From Moniliella sp. 'wahieum' (lineage: Eukaryota): DNA of 64,000 nt. The position numbers and the translations under genes were made by a program. Position 1 is the first letter of the stretch, and every line of letters starts with the position of its first letter. Below the pieces are notes generated by a model. The model was not told the DNA's origin and did not search any database. It saw only the letters and a list, made by a program, of their open reading frames with translations. Of the stretch, positions 38,260-50,460 are shown piece by piece. The stretch spans positions 372,001 through 436,000 of the forward strand of contig RSEE01000015.1 of assembly GCA_003971905.1 (NCBI GenBank), written 5' to 3'.

Positions 38260-38997
38260 TTACCAGTCGCAGGCGCTGGCAAGCAGGCGGGCAATACGCT
38301 CCAGGCCCTTGCGGTCCTCCTCGTCAAACCCTTCCAAGGCTTCACAGTCAATGTCCAGAACACCAATGATGATCTCGTCCTGGTCTCCACGCCCCTGCCA
38401 GTCGACCAGGTCAGAGGCCAGCTCGGCCTGATGGGCCTTGCTCAGCGCACTACGCGAAACAGTAACCGGCACAACGATTTCCGACAAGGAGGCACTGTCA
38501 CAAGCAATGTGGCCCGCTGCAAAAATGCGTTAGTAGAATGCCCCAGGGGAGGGGGGTGGGGGGTGGGGGGGGTTAGACGCACGGTAGGCATGGGTACTGG
38601 GCACAATGACGGTGCGCGGCGGAAGGAGGGCGCTTGCGTCGGCACAGACCCACGTCCGGGACCGAGGCGATCTGCTGGCAAGCGGGTAGGCCGCAAAAGG
38701 GCCAGGAGCAGCGTCGGCCGCTTGACCTGGCCACGGGGAGAAGTTGGGGCGAGGATGGGAGAAAGGAGGTAGAAGCCAGCCCAGTTGATCGTCTTGGCTT
38801 CGTAGCCCGGGGTAAGTTCGGCCAGACGCTGCTGGAAGCGGTTGAGGCCAAAGTAGATGAGACTCGAGGCGTTGGCTAGGTTGGACACCCAGCTGCGTTG
38901 GCCATCGACCAGACTTTCGATGGAGATGAAGAGGTGCTGTAGAAGCCTCCTTGGTGCGGATGTGCTCAGGGATGGAAGCAGCGTCGGCGTGGACCAT
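38260..38997 (-). CDS. Free methionine-R-sulfoxide reductase (GAF domain, fRMsr/YKL069W-like)
   Basis: MVHADA, WVSNLANASSLIY, INWAGFY, reframed LGPF, GHIACDS, SEIVVP, IIGVLDIDCEALEGFDEEDRKGLE. Confidence 0.92.
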
Positions 38998-39407
38998 GGT
39001 GGATGGGGGGGGAGGGAGGAAAGGTAGGCAGCCGGAAGAAAAAGAGCAAAAGAGCAAGCTAGAAGAACGGCAGTGGGACGGTGCGGACCGGAAGGTAATG
39101 ACGCGCAGAGCGGTGAGCAGAGACCGGAGTGGCCGAAGCAATGATTCGCAATGGGTGAACTAGTGACTGGTGCACGCTGACGTCTAGCTGGATGGGAGCG
39201 ACTGGTGACCAAAATATTTCGGGTGCATTTTAAGTCCGCTGGTTCGTGGCTGCGCGCCACAGTGGCGCCGAGCGCTAGCACGCCATCCTCTTTTCCTGCC
39301 CAGCCGCTTTTCTTGTCCCAGTGCACGGGCCGGACGGGGGCAGGCAGCCGCCCCCTCCGCAGCGCTTGGCGCCGTCTCGGTCGTCCCGCCTCTTCTGTTT
39401 GTGGGCC

Positions 39408-41229
39408 ATGTCTGCCTTGGCTCGCTTAGGCCGCGTCCGTGGGAGCCCACGCCGGTCGTCGTCGCTGCTCCGCCGGCACATGCCTCGCGTCCAGCCAGCG
39501 CCCGCCTTCCTGCCGGCCGCCTGCCCAAGCCGCCGACGGGTGATGGCGTTGCGTCCGCCGTCCCCTCGCCGCTGGGCGTCTGCACCGCCGGCACCGCCTC
39601 GCCGTCTTCCCCTGCGTCGATGCAAACGCCCAGAGGGAGGCGCGCCTGCGGTCCCAGGGCCCCGTGCTCTTCGACAGCGCCCGCGCCGGCCCGGCATACC
39701 GCGATCCCGTCCTGGGAAAATGCGACGACCCAAACGCCCAACAAGGAGCCCACCTACACATCCAACCACTCGGGCTACCGCACCTACCTCCATTCCGAGC
39801 CCTACCGTCGGACTATGGCGGGATCCTGCCCCAGTTCCAAATCGCGTACGAGGGGGGAACGCTGAATGAGGCGCGAGACAATGTGGTGCTGCTCCACACG
39901 GGCTTGAGTGCCAGCTCGCATGCGGCCTCCACCGAGGCCAACCCGTCACGCGGATGGTGGGAGGACTTCCTGGGCCCAGGTAAGGCCGTGGACACCAACA
40001 AATACTTTGTCATCTGCACCAACGTCCTCGGCGGCTGCTACGGCAGCACCGGCCCCTCTTCCCCGTACCTGCTGCCGCTGGGTCCCCAGACGCCGGCGCA
40101 TGGGGCACACGCTTCCCCATCCTCAGCTTGTTTGATATGGTCCGAGCCCAGTTCTTCCTTCTGGATTCCCTCGGGATCAGCAAGGTGTATGCAAGTGTGG
40201 GCAGTAGCATGGGTGGCATGCAAAGTATTGCGGGGCCCACCTCTTCCCCGAGCGGGTGGAACGCGTGATCAGTATCAGTGGCTGTGCGCGATCGGGACCG
40301 TCGAGCGTAGCGCTGCGGTATGCGCAACGGAGCGTGATCATGGCCGATCCCAACTGGAACCAAGGCTTCTACTATGGTCCGGGCCAGATCCCTCCCCACA
40401 CAGGGATGAAGCTGGCACGACAAGTGGCCACAATAACGTATCGCAGTGGTCCGGAGTGGGAGCAGCGGTTTGGTCCGTCGTCGTCGCGCGGCCCAACCGA
40501 ACGTTTCCCCGCCGGCGGCCTTGCCTGCCATCTCGACCACCCCAGCCACCGATGCGGCGCGACTGGCGGAGCAGGAGGCGCCGTTTGAGGCGGACCCGGC
40601 CCTGTGCCCGACTTTTTGATTGAGACCTACCTTGACCACCAGGGGAATCGTTCTGCTTAAAGTACGATGCCAATTCGTTGATTTATGTGAGCAAGGCGAT
40701 GGACTTGTTGACATGAGCGACTTGTCCTGCGCGACTTGGAACGACGAAAGGAGATGCGGCGCAAGATTGAAGAGGGCATGCCGTCGGAGCAAGCCCTGGC
40801 GGAGATGCAACGACAAGCCGAGCAGGACGACGCGGATGAAGACGAGGGTGGGACCAAACCCTCTCCCGCTCTTCGTCGCGCGTACACGCCGCCAACACAT
40901 ATCCACCATTACCTCCCCCGCTGCTCATGCATATGTTCCTGCCTTGGCCCGCGGCCTGGCCAACTTGCGTACCAAACCCACCCTTATCATTGGCGTCCAG
41001 TCCGATGTGCTCTTCCCCGTCGGCCAACAACGTGAACTCGCCGAATGTCTCCGCATGATTGGAAACGACAGGGTCAGCTACTACGAGCTCGACGCGCCGT
41101 ACGGCCACGATAGTTTCCTGTATGTACTTCCCCCCTTCCCCCTGCCTCATTGGTGGGTATCCTGCTGACCCAGTCTCTAGACTCGACGTGGCCTCGGTTG
41201 GCACGACCGTACGTGGTTTCTTGGGCTGA
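39408..41229 (+). CDS. Homoserine O-acetyltransferase-family enzyme, Cys2/CysA-type serine O-acyl(succinyl)transferase
   Basis: [102 protein letters not shown]. Presequence-like N-terminus. Confidence 0.88.
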
Positions 41230-41314
41230 ATCATCTATCTCGTTGGCTACGACTCGCATTGGGACAGAGCATGGGGTATCTAATAGTCGTCCAACAATGT
41301 CGCATCGTGCGGCC

Positions 41315-43045
41315 CTAGTTCGCTGAGCCAAGGCAGGGGAAAATCTTCTTGCAAACCAACCAACTCTCCTCGGGATCAGCCTTGGCATCGGGTAGTTCGG
41401 CTTCCAGCAGCTCCTCCATAGCGTGCATGTAGACCTCCTGTTCCTCTTCGGAGCGAGGTAACCTTCCATCTCATCGGGCTGGAACAAGACCTGGTCCAGT
41501 TCGTCGGGGGCAGCTTGTCCAACGCGGCCCAATTGGTGATTCCGCGCAACGAGGCAACACTCGGCTTGGGCGCGGGCTGCGGGCTGGTCGGACGTGGGGG
41601 GCAAACAAGGAACCGACAAGATGGAGGGAACTTGTCCTCGCGCGCGCTGTTCCGAGAGACGACACGAAACGATAGCTGGCGCGTACCGGATCAGATCGGA
41701 CCGCGAAAGCGAAAGCGAAAGTGTACCGGTCGGTGGTGTTGGGCACAGCAGCTGGCCGACTCGGTTTGGGTTGTCCAGAACGAATCACGACCGCGCACCT
41801 TGGTCCGTTGGACCCGAGCCGCGCAGGCGTCGGATGCACCCAGGGCAGTCCCACGGCAGCTGCGCGAAGCGAGCGGAGTGTAGCAGTTGCGATTTCTTCA
41901 GTACGCTGAACGTTACCGGTCGTTCCTCCGGCCCGAGAGAGAAGCGAAGAAATCGACTCGGCTGAAGGAGCGGTGATGAGGAGGTTCATCAGCTCGGTCA
42001 TGGGCTCGCGTTGGAGCGGATGACCATGACATACTTCAAGCGCGAGCCCGAGACAGCTCAATGCGGACGTAAGAGGATCGCGCCGAAATGCAACGGGTTC
42101 CATGCCAGGCGAAGAACCAAGCCCGGACCCAAAGAGTTCCGCCAAGTCCATAGCTAGCGACTCGGCTCGTGCTAGGTCCATACCAGCTACCACCTCAGTA
42201 GCCGACACGAGCCCGGAAGCCGCCCGACGCGTGCGTTTTCGCGCTGGAGACGAAAGCGTACCCTGCACCGCCTTTAGCCGGGTAACGATCCCGGGAATCT
42301 CCGTACGCGGGTCGAGCGTGGCAGAACGGGGAAAAGTGGGTGTAGATATACGTGAGGAGGAGATACTTGGCCTGGATGTTGTACGCACTCGTCTCGGCCA
42401 CTACGGCCAAAGGGTCAAGCGGAACCCAGTGGTTGTGCTGGTACAGCAGGGCAAATACAGCGGCAGCAAAAGCGCGTTGCCGTGACCCTGGATGCCCCAC
42501 GGAGCTTAGCATGAACAAGGGCGTGCGTGGCTTGGGGCGGCAGGCTGCTGTCGGTTAGCACAGGACGTCGTCGCGGCGGCACTCAAACGGGCCACAATCG
42601 ATTCCTCTATCTTGACCTCGGTTGTCGTGCCAGATTCGGTCCGAACAGACGATAGGCCGTCTTGCCTTTCGTCCCGCGCGCGCACTCGAGCACCATGCGT
42701 TCCGCCTGCGTCTGGAGCGCGGGCGAAAGCGATCCGCCCACCGCCGGCACACGCGCAGCGAGGCGGCCGATGATCTGGCGGATTTGCGTCGCAGCATCGG
42801 CATGTGGAACGAGGAGACGTACTGGGTACGCGCCCAGGTACGCGTGCGGAACTGGGACGAGGCCAGCACGCCCCCCACGCCCACAGGAGCGACTTGGCGA
42901 GTGCCCGTGCCGTACTGGGCGTCAAACGCGGCTCGTACTCGGTGCGCTCGAGAAAGAAGCCGCATGCGGGGCAACCGAATTGCCCTCCTCGTGCACCAGA
43001 GCGGGGTGGTCAACGCACAGCGGCAGCAGCTGCCGTGCAGCTAGG
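41315..43045 (-). CDS. Divergent TFIIB-family protein (Zn ribbon, cyclin-like region, Brf-type TBP anchor); start uncertain
   Basis: Reframed CVDHPALVHEEGNSVCPACG; RAFAAAVFALLYQHNHWVPLDPLAVVAETSAYNIQAKYLLL; LFQPDEMEGYLRSEEEQEVY. The first and last motifs each need one indel corrected. Confidence 0.55.
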
Positions 43046-43379
43046 TGGTAGTGGTGGTAGTGATCGGGCGGCGGTGATGCAGATGGGAGGCGTTTAATTA
43101 CTTGCGCTGGGCAACACCCAGCTGGAAGGACCAATTTCAAAACCAAATGTCGGCGCACACCAGTCCCTGTTGCACCGATCTCTGTTCTGTGGCAGACTAA
43201 CACAACACGTCAAGCTTCAAGGTGACCATCGAGAAGATCGACTCAGGCCAGCAGGTGCTCTGCATCGTCCAGTCCCTTTATACTGCCAAGTCACTAATAG
43301 TCAGGGACCTTTGCCCATGGCCCAGCGCCTCCCACACGTCCTAATAGACTGGGGCATCTGTTACTGGGAACAACAAGCT

Positions 43380-44371
43380 TAGAGCAGGAAGGTATTACGA
43401 TTCTGTCGCCTGGGTTACATGGAGGAGATGAGCGCGGGGACAAGGCGGTCGTTTTAGTTGCGTGCTGCGCGAGGAGCCAGGTCAGTAGCGGTAAGAACAA
43501 TGGAGGGTTATAGAGAAGCGGGACGACGTACCTCCCAATTCGTGAATCTGGCGCTCCGAAGCAGCGATCGAACGTTCCAACAAGAACGTCAGGAGGCCCA
43601 CGCCGGCCGAGATGGACCACCAAGCAGCATTGTTGTTGCTGCCAGCGCCAAAGACCATAAGCGGAAGGGGCAAAAGAAGGATCCAGAGGAAAAAGACATA
43701 CATCACCCGCGGCGCCACGGTTTTGACCACCAGTTCCTGCGGTGGGCGAATGCCATCGGGACCGGCCTTGCCCGGTGCCCACTTCATCGTCGACAAAGTC
43801 TCCACAACAAAGTCGGGCGCAGTACCAAACGCATGCGGTTGCGCAGGGAACGCGAACTTTTTCCTCCGGCTCACCACGAAGCGCACACCCATCGCGTCGG
43901 CAATCTCCCAGGCCAGCGCGTAGAGCAGCGTTCCTTGCACGCAGAGGAAGAAGAGGTAGAAAGGCAGGGCGGGGAGGTAGAGAAGGTCATCGAGTGTGCC
44001 CGTATGCTTGCCATGGAACATGGTGTATGCATCTGGGAGTGGGTGCCGAGGATGTAGGAGGGGATGGGGGTCAAGTAGAGCACAAACGTGCTGAGGAGCA
44101 GGACAAGCGAGACAAAGCGGTAGCGATAGGCGATCTTGCGGCTACGCGCACTCAGGCGCTCGATGGTGGCGTGCTGGACTGCAGCACAAGGAAGAGGGTC
44201 AATCCATACTGCTACTGGGACGCAACGCGCGCAAGACACGACGGCCAACGTACCGGCAGGGTCGATGCCGCTGGTGCCGATAGGCGCTTCGTCGAGCACG
44301 GCGAGTGGGTCGTCGGTGGTGGACGCGTCATACTCGGGACGGGGAGCAGGGCGGGCACGAAGAGAGGACAT
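43380..44371 (-). CDS. Uncharacterised multi-pass membrane protein; 3' end approximate
   Basis: MSSLRARP...DDPLAVLDE; about four hydrophobic segments; C-terminal ERQIHELG; GTACGT-donor introns. Confidence 0.6.
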
Positions 44372-44739
44372 GGTGGTGGGGATGGGATGGGAGCAGCGAC
44401 CCGACGGGTGGCTGTGGTTTTCTTCTCGAGGGGCAACTAGACAGGCCGCTTCGAGTTTCGAAGGAGCGCGCCGCGCTTGGAGGGCTGCGCCGGCGCTTCA
44501 ACACAATTGCCTGGACCCGTGGCGCTCACGCGCAGCCAGCGGGCAGTCAGTGACTGGTCCCTTGCGGCGGCCCTCGCTGGGTACACGTAAGCGCCGCCCT
44601 CAATCTGCGCCAAACGCAAGTAGGTTGCAGCGTTCGCGTTCAAACCTTCAGATCTCAGAAGCGCTCGTCAAATTAATCCAAGTCGTGTCAAACTACACCC
44701 CCGCAACCCTGCCAGCCCCACTCAGTACTCAGTACTCAT

Positions 44740-45751
44740 TCATCCATCCTCGGCCTCCCCCCTCTCCGGCCCCACGACACCCGGCCCCGGCTCTACCCTC
44801 CGCCCGCGACCGATGCAAGCGGTCGGGCGACGAGGAGCGGTGGCGGCCGTGCGACCGCTCGCTTGGCCCGTGCCCCCCATGGTGCTTGCGGGTGCGTGCG
44901 ATGATGACGGGAGCGATGTGACCCCTCCTTCTCCCCCGCCGCCGACCGGGGAGCATGAGAACGCGGCGCGTGCACGTGCTTCTCGTCCTATGGGTACGCG
45001 AGTGGCTGTCTTCCTTGGACCGGCGCGATCGTTCCTTGTGCCGCGACGAGCGCTCCTTGGTGTCACGAGAGCCGTGTTCCTTGCTTGTGTGGCGATGGGA
45101 ACGGAGTGGGCGTGGCTGTGGCTGCGGGGGCGATGAGAACGAGAACGAGAATGAGAATGAGAATGAGAATCCGAATGCGAACGGGAATGAGGATGAGAAT
45201 GAGAATGGGACCGGTGCAGACTAGACCGCTTCTTTTCCTGTGATGGAGAGGAGGAAGTATTACGAGTAGACTTGGACCGATGGGAGTGGCGACGCTGCTC
45301 CTCTGGGCTGCGTAGCAAAGAAGGACTGCGTCTCCGCTTGGTGCCCCCCGTCACTTGCTCCACCTCACCTGAGGCGACGGGCTCCGCACCTCGGCTCGAT
45401 CCTGCCCCTGCTCGCTCCGCTCGTCCTCCGAGAAGGAATCGGAGGTAGAGGTCGAGAAGCTGGCATGCATCGCAGCGGCAAAGCGGGATTCCTGATCGCG
45501 CCTCTTCTCATCCGGCGGCCTGGGCTCGTGCTGAGGAACAGGCGCGTGTGCTTGGGGGGGTGCCGGACCGGAAGGGGGAGCGCGCATGCGCTCCAACACG
45601 CGGTTGTGAGCATGAGTGTGTCGAACAATACGGGCCAAGTAGGTGGTGTCCAGCACGGGGGGCTCGGCGGGGGGAGGCGCGCCAAGCAGGCGGCCATCAG
45701 GTGTGTACGGTGTCCAAGCCATCCCAATCTTCCTCCCTACCGCTGCGACAT
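44740..45751 (-). CDS. Hypothetical low-complexity Arg/Ser/His-rich protein; ends approximate
   Basis: LDTTYLARIVRHTHAHNRVL followed by an RS/SH-rich tail encoded by (GAGAAT)n-like repeats at 45133-45207. Confidence 0.45.
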
Positions 45752-45883
45752 GGTAGTTGCCCACAACCAGGCTGGCTAGGAAGCGTATGTCGGCGTAGGA
45801 GCAAAAGTGGCCACTCCATCTGTTCAATTGTGCAAACAACCATCGCGTCCCCCCTCGCAACCTACGCGGGATCCGAAAAAAAT

Positions 45884-45968
45884 GGGGTCCGCCCGGGATC
45901 GAACCGAGGACCACCTCTACCAGGTATTAGAACCCTAAAGAGGCATGATACCACTACACCACGAACCC
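45884..45968 (-). tRNA. tRNA-Pro(AGG), 13-nt intron (45920-45932)
   Basis: Exons identical to the copy at 36591-36674; different intron; T-run terminator. Confidence 0.93.
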
Positions 45969-46371
45969 CTGTTGTTTTGCCTCTGCGAGTTTGTTATTTG
46001 ATTCAGACACTACACTTAATCTTTGCCAACACGCCGTCCTCCCATCGATCAGGCACTTCATCAAGCTTATATAGATCCCATACCTTAGCTTCCCTGCCTT
46101 GCCTTCTTCTTCAGAGGTCTCGGACAAGATCTATCGCCACCCTCCACGGCTATATCACCTATGGTCTGATGTAGTGTGCCGCTTTTACAGACGGCATCGT
46201 GTGATCATAGGAGTACAACAAACGCATCGGGCGTTACTTGGTGCGGGACAGACTTGTGGAGTAGCGTGGAGAGAGGAAACGAGGGAAGAAAAGGAAGAAA
46301 GGGAGGGAGGAAGGCACAGAAAGGGGGGATCACCCCACCGCTTCCAACCGAGCTAGTACCTCATCAAACAC

Positions 46372-47071
46372 TCAATCCTTCGCCTCCTCCTCCGCCCCGC
46401 CAAAAGGCCCTCCATCCAGCGGAGGATCCACTTCCTCCCGTTCGGCGCGTACGACCTGCGGCTGTACCCGGGCCATATCCGCATCGGGCAATGGCTTGAT
46501 CGTCATGGGCCGGTGCAGGTTCTGGGGTAGCGCTCCCTTGCACGAGCAGAAAAAGGGTCCCTCTCTACGGGGAGCGGGCCGGTAAGAGAAGACGAGGGGG
46601 ATGCGCGGCGGGACACGCAAGAGGGGCAAGGAGGATTGGAGACAAGCGAAGTGCTTGCCATATCTTGGGTAAGGTCATCGAGCTTGCGTTGCGCCAACGT
46701 TTCTTCCAGCCGCTCCATCGACTGAACAATATAGGCACGACACGTGGGTGACAAGGCCTGGCGCAACAGGGTGTGGAGCCGGTCCAACTTTTGTTCAAGA
46801 TGCGGGGTCGCCAGGTCGGTTTGTTTGCGCCGAGGCAAGAATACCGATGCGCGCGCACGTGCTCGGCTCGTCTGTGCCCGCGTGGGCTCGGGGGCTGCAC
46901 TGGTACCTGCCGTGGTGGGAGAGTTGCGTCCAGAGACGGAGGCACAGCCGGGAGAAAGGCCAAGGGGACTGGAAGACTGAGTAATAGACATCGATGCCAC
47001 GCACGCTTGGTGGTCTGAGGGACGTGTGGGTGTGATGCGGGAGGGGGCAGGCCGAAAAGCGTGGGAGGCAA
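46372..47071 (-). CDS. Hypothetical protein; ends approximate
   Basis: TATA-like TATAAAA at 47131-47137 (minus). Helical segment LEQKLDRLHTLLRQAL...MERLEETLAQRKLDDLTQDM. Confidence 0.35.
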
Positions 47072-47406
47072 TGGAGGCAGTGGGGAGCGGGAGCAGGGTG
47101 TTAGGGGGCAAGAAATGCGGACGCGGCTGGTTTTATAGCATCGAGCTCTGGCGATTCAACGTTAACGGTACCTACATTAAATGACGCCCATCGTCGTTCA
47201 GACCAAGGCGGGCGAGGCGGAGCAGACACTGGGCGGCTGCTGGGCCGGGGTGCGGTGGCCCTAGGCCTTGGGCCTTAGGCCCAATGCCATGCTCACAGGG
47301 TAGGGTTAGGGCACCGCCCGAGCGCTAGGGTTACCCCGTCTGTGCCACGTCCTGGGCGGCAGTCGCTCCGCCACGCCGTCGGCCCACGACCAGACGGCTG
47401 CTCGCG

Positions 47407-48331
47407 ATGCGTTGGCTGCCCTTGGTGCTGTGCGTCGCTGCTGTTGCTGCCGCTGGCCAGGCCCAGGCCCAGGAGGTGCCACAGGAAGAGGCCGACGTGT
47501 ACACCTCCTCCACCGCGTCCACGCCCCGGGCACCTCCACCGCCTGGGCCCCCGCGCCCACCTCAAGCTCCTCGCCGACGACCCAGAGAAGGCCCAGGCAC
47601 TGTACCGCGGTCTGGCCGGCGCCGACGAGTGGAACGCCCTTCTCGCCCAGGCCGAGGCGAAGAGCTTGTACCAGCTTGCCCTCGTCCCTGGCGCATGGGA
47701 GCAGCAGTTCGCCCACCTCGACCACCTTCCCCCCTGCCGCGCTGACCAGCACCAACTTGTACGTCCTCTCTGCCTCTGATATGGCCAATGCCCGTTCGCA
47801 GGAAGGAGCAGGATGCAATGTGACAAACAGAGCAAACTGACACGCTTGCAGTGCACGTTGACCAGTGCTGCGCCACATGAAGTGACCGTGGTCGCCACCC
47901 CGCTGTCCGAGGAAACACCATTGACGCCTGGCGATTGAGTATGCGGCGCAGGTCGAGCCCAGCGCCCTCGATGCCCAGGGCTGCATCAAGACCCCTGCCG
48001 AGTACCCAATCGAGTCCCCGGAGGCACTACGCGTGCGTGTCCGCCACCCCTCCAGGCCCGCTTGTACGTCCCCCTCCCCCCCGCGCGCGCCTGAAGAGCT
48101 CCCGGCCCCAGGCCCCAGGCCCCATACTGACCTAGAGGACGATACGAGCAGGCCGGCGGTACAGCTCAAGCCTGTGGAGGCGAATGAGGATGCGTCCAAA
48201 CCAGTGGTAGATGACACGCCCGAGCCGGAAAAGACTTTCCTTCAGAAATACTGGATGTACATCATCCCCATCCTCATCGTCCTCATGACCAGCAGCAAGC
48301 CGCCTGAAGAGAAAACACGGGCGGGGACTAA
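47407..48331 (+). CDS. ER membrane protein complex subunit 10-like
   Basis: Signal peptide MRWLPLVLCVAAVAAA; C-terminal PEPEKTFLQKYWMYIIPILIVLM, typical of EMC10; intron from about 47759. Confidence 0.75.
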
Positions 48332-49294
48332 TTCGCCCCCCTCACATCTTACCACCCCCCGCTTGTTCTCGCTTTCGTTCTCGTTTTCGTTCTTGTTCGA
48401 ATTTTGGGTCGGCATGCACCGGGTCCAGTTTGCCTCCCAGCTCGGGTTCGCTGGGTGGGGGGGACCATGCCCTGCCTCGAAAATGAATGGATGGTCCAAG
48501 GGGTGTTTATTGTTAGGGCTTTATGCTTCGGAGGCCCAGAAGGGTGGAGGGAGGGGAGAGTAGAGTCAGGGCTACCAGCACAACGCAGCAAGATGGGCAC
48601 TAACGCAGGCAGAACGGTAGATAGAGAAAGACAGGATGCGGTGCAAGCCAACTTGCCAGACGAATAATGACAGGACAGAGGAGCCTTTCCCAGCAACGGC
48701 AATTAAAGGGGTTGTCTCGGTGGCAGTGAGGTAATCAGGGCGGCACCAACGACCACTCCGCTTCCTCCACTTGCCTTTCTATCGCAGTAGCAAAGTCGGG
48801 GAGAGGAGGAGCGGGTCAGAAGCCCTTCTCCTTTGACCCCTAGACGCGAAACGAGCATTTCTGCCACTCCTCTGCGACCCTGAACGCCCCGCGCACCCAG
48901 CCAACCATCAAGCGCAGGCGCATCACCAGCAGCGCAAGCGGGACCGGTGCAGGCCCATATAGATATTCACGCTCATTGCAAGTAGGAGAAGCGGGATACT
49001 GCCCGCTGGGCCTAAGGCCACAGTTCACCTACCCAACGAGCAGCGTTGGCATTTTCCAAGAGATGCCGTACACGTGCTTGCATAATTCATACCTGGGCAT
49101 GTTGCTTGGCAACCTAGGTCACTGTCTCTCCCCATGACATACAACCGTTTGGGAAGGTTGCTGATGCAGACTCGATGTATAACTCTCTTTTGAGGGTACT
49201 TCGTGTCCGAGGAGGGGTGACGCTGTTGGTATCGAAACAGCGTCCGGAACTGATTACTACACTCGACATTGTAGTATTACCCTACCCTCTCTCA

Positions 49295-49402
49295 TTCATC
49301 TTCATCTTCATCTTCATCTTCATCTTCATCTTCATCTTCATCTTCATCTTCATCTTCATCTTCATCTTCATCTTCATCTTCATCTTCATCTTCATCTTCA
49401 TC
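49295..49402. repeat. (TTCATC)18 microsatellite
   Basis: Perfect hexamer array of 108 bp. Confidence 0.97.
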
Positions 49403-50064
49403 TCATCTTTATCGCCATGACCATATTGGCACGTATGTGAAGTAGGGTCTTTTCTACTTGTTCCCCCAACCGACACCTGATTCTCCCCTATTGCCCTGGA
49501 GGCCTCATTTTCTCTTTCCTGAGAGCTTCCCCCAGACCCCCTTTTTTACACTGCAGACGTGCAGACGGGCTGTCCCTGTATGCCCGAGCAGCAAGTCCAC
49601 TCAACATACCGTCAGCAACAAATGGAATTATGACATAGTAACCCGCCGCACCCCTCCCTGAACGGTCTGGCCTCAGTACCCCCTCTGTGTACCAGCATCA
49701 CAGCCTTTGAACCGCGTATTACCCATAACTCACTGAGTTCTCTTCTAGTGCCGTGTCCAGCTCAGAAATGCCTTTCTTCACACACAGAGACCCCTTTGCC
49801 TCATCCGTGGGCAGGCTACAGCAATAGTGATGCGGTCGTGATGCTCGACGTCAGGAAGATACTTTAGGGCAGAAGGGACAACAGTGGCATCCAAGACTGT
49901 TGTTCTAAGAGAAAAAGGACGGTACACCGTAAAGACATGAGCACGCAACATGCACGGTCCTTTTCGACATACATTGCATCGAAGGGTCATTTTTGCCGTG
50001 CTCCGTTCAACACGAACCGTGGATGATTGACGGGCCTCTGCGGTAGAGGTCGTGCACAGCCCCG

Positions 50065-50460
50065 TTAAGGTTGAAGCCGTTTGTTAGTAGGATGGGGGAC
50101 ATCAGCTAAATTTGCAACTGATCTGAAGGGAACTTGTGCCTGTTTACAATGGGGCTTCCCCTTGCAACTGAGTACTGAAGCACTGATGGCTGATGCTCTG
50201 GCACATGCAGTTCCCTTGGCGACAGAGTAGGCTGATGGGCCCGCATATCCACAGGTAATTCCCCACCATTTAGATTGCACCCCAAAGGTGAGTAAACCGT
50301 ATTCAACAGACCATTGCATTCTCAAAACAAGACTGTGGGCCACATATGTATATCACACCTCACAAAATGGCATTGGGTGCACTGAGAGCTATGCCAAAAA
50401 GAGCTTTTACCCTTATGTGGTGATCGATCTAATGTACCTTTTACGGTGAAACCAAAAACA
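50065..50460 (-). mobile_element. Possible degraded transposon/integrase C-terminal relic
   Basis: Lower-GC intergenic block. Broken-frame fragments (DRSPH..ALFGI; EYGLL; TLSPRE; SCKGKPHCK) recall Cys-rich C-termini of integrase-type elements. Confidence 0.25.

Noticed and set aside
49175..49476. ORFs with poly-(FI) and poly-(MK)
   Set aside because: Translations of the (TTCATC)n microsatellite.
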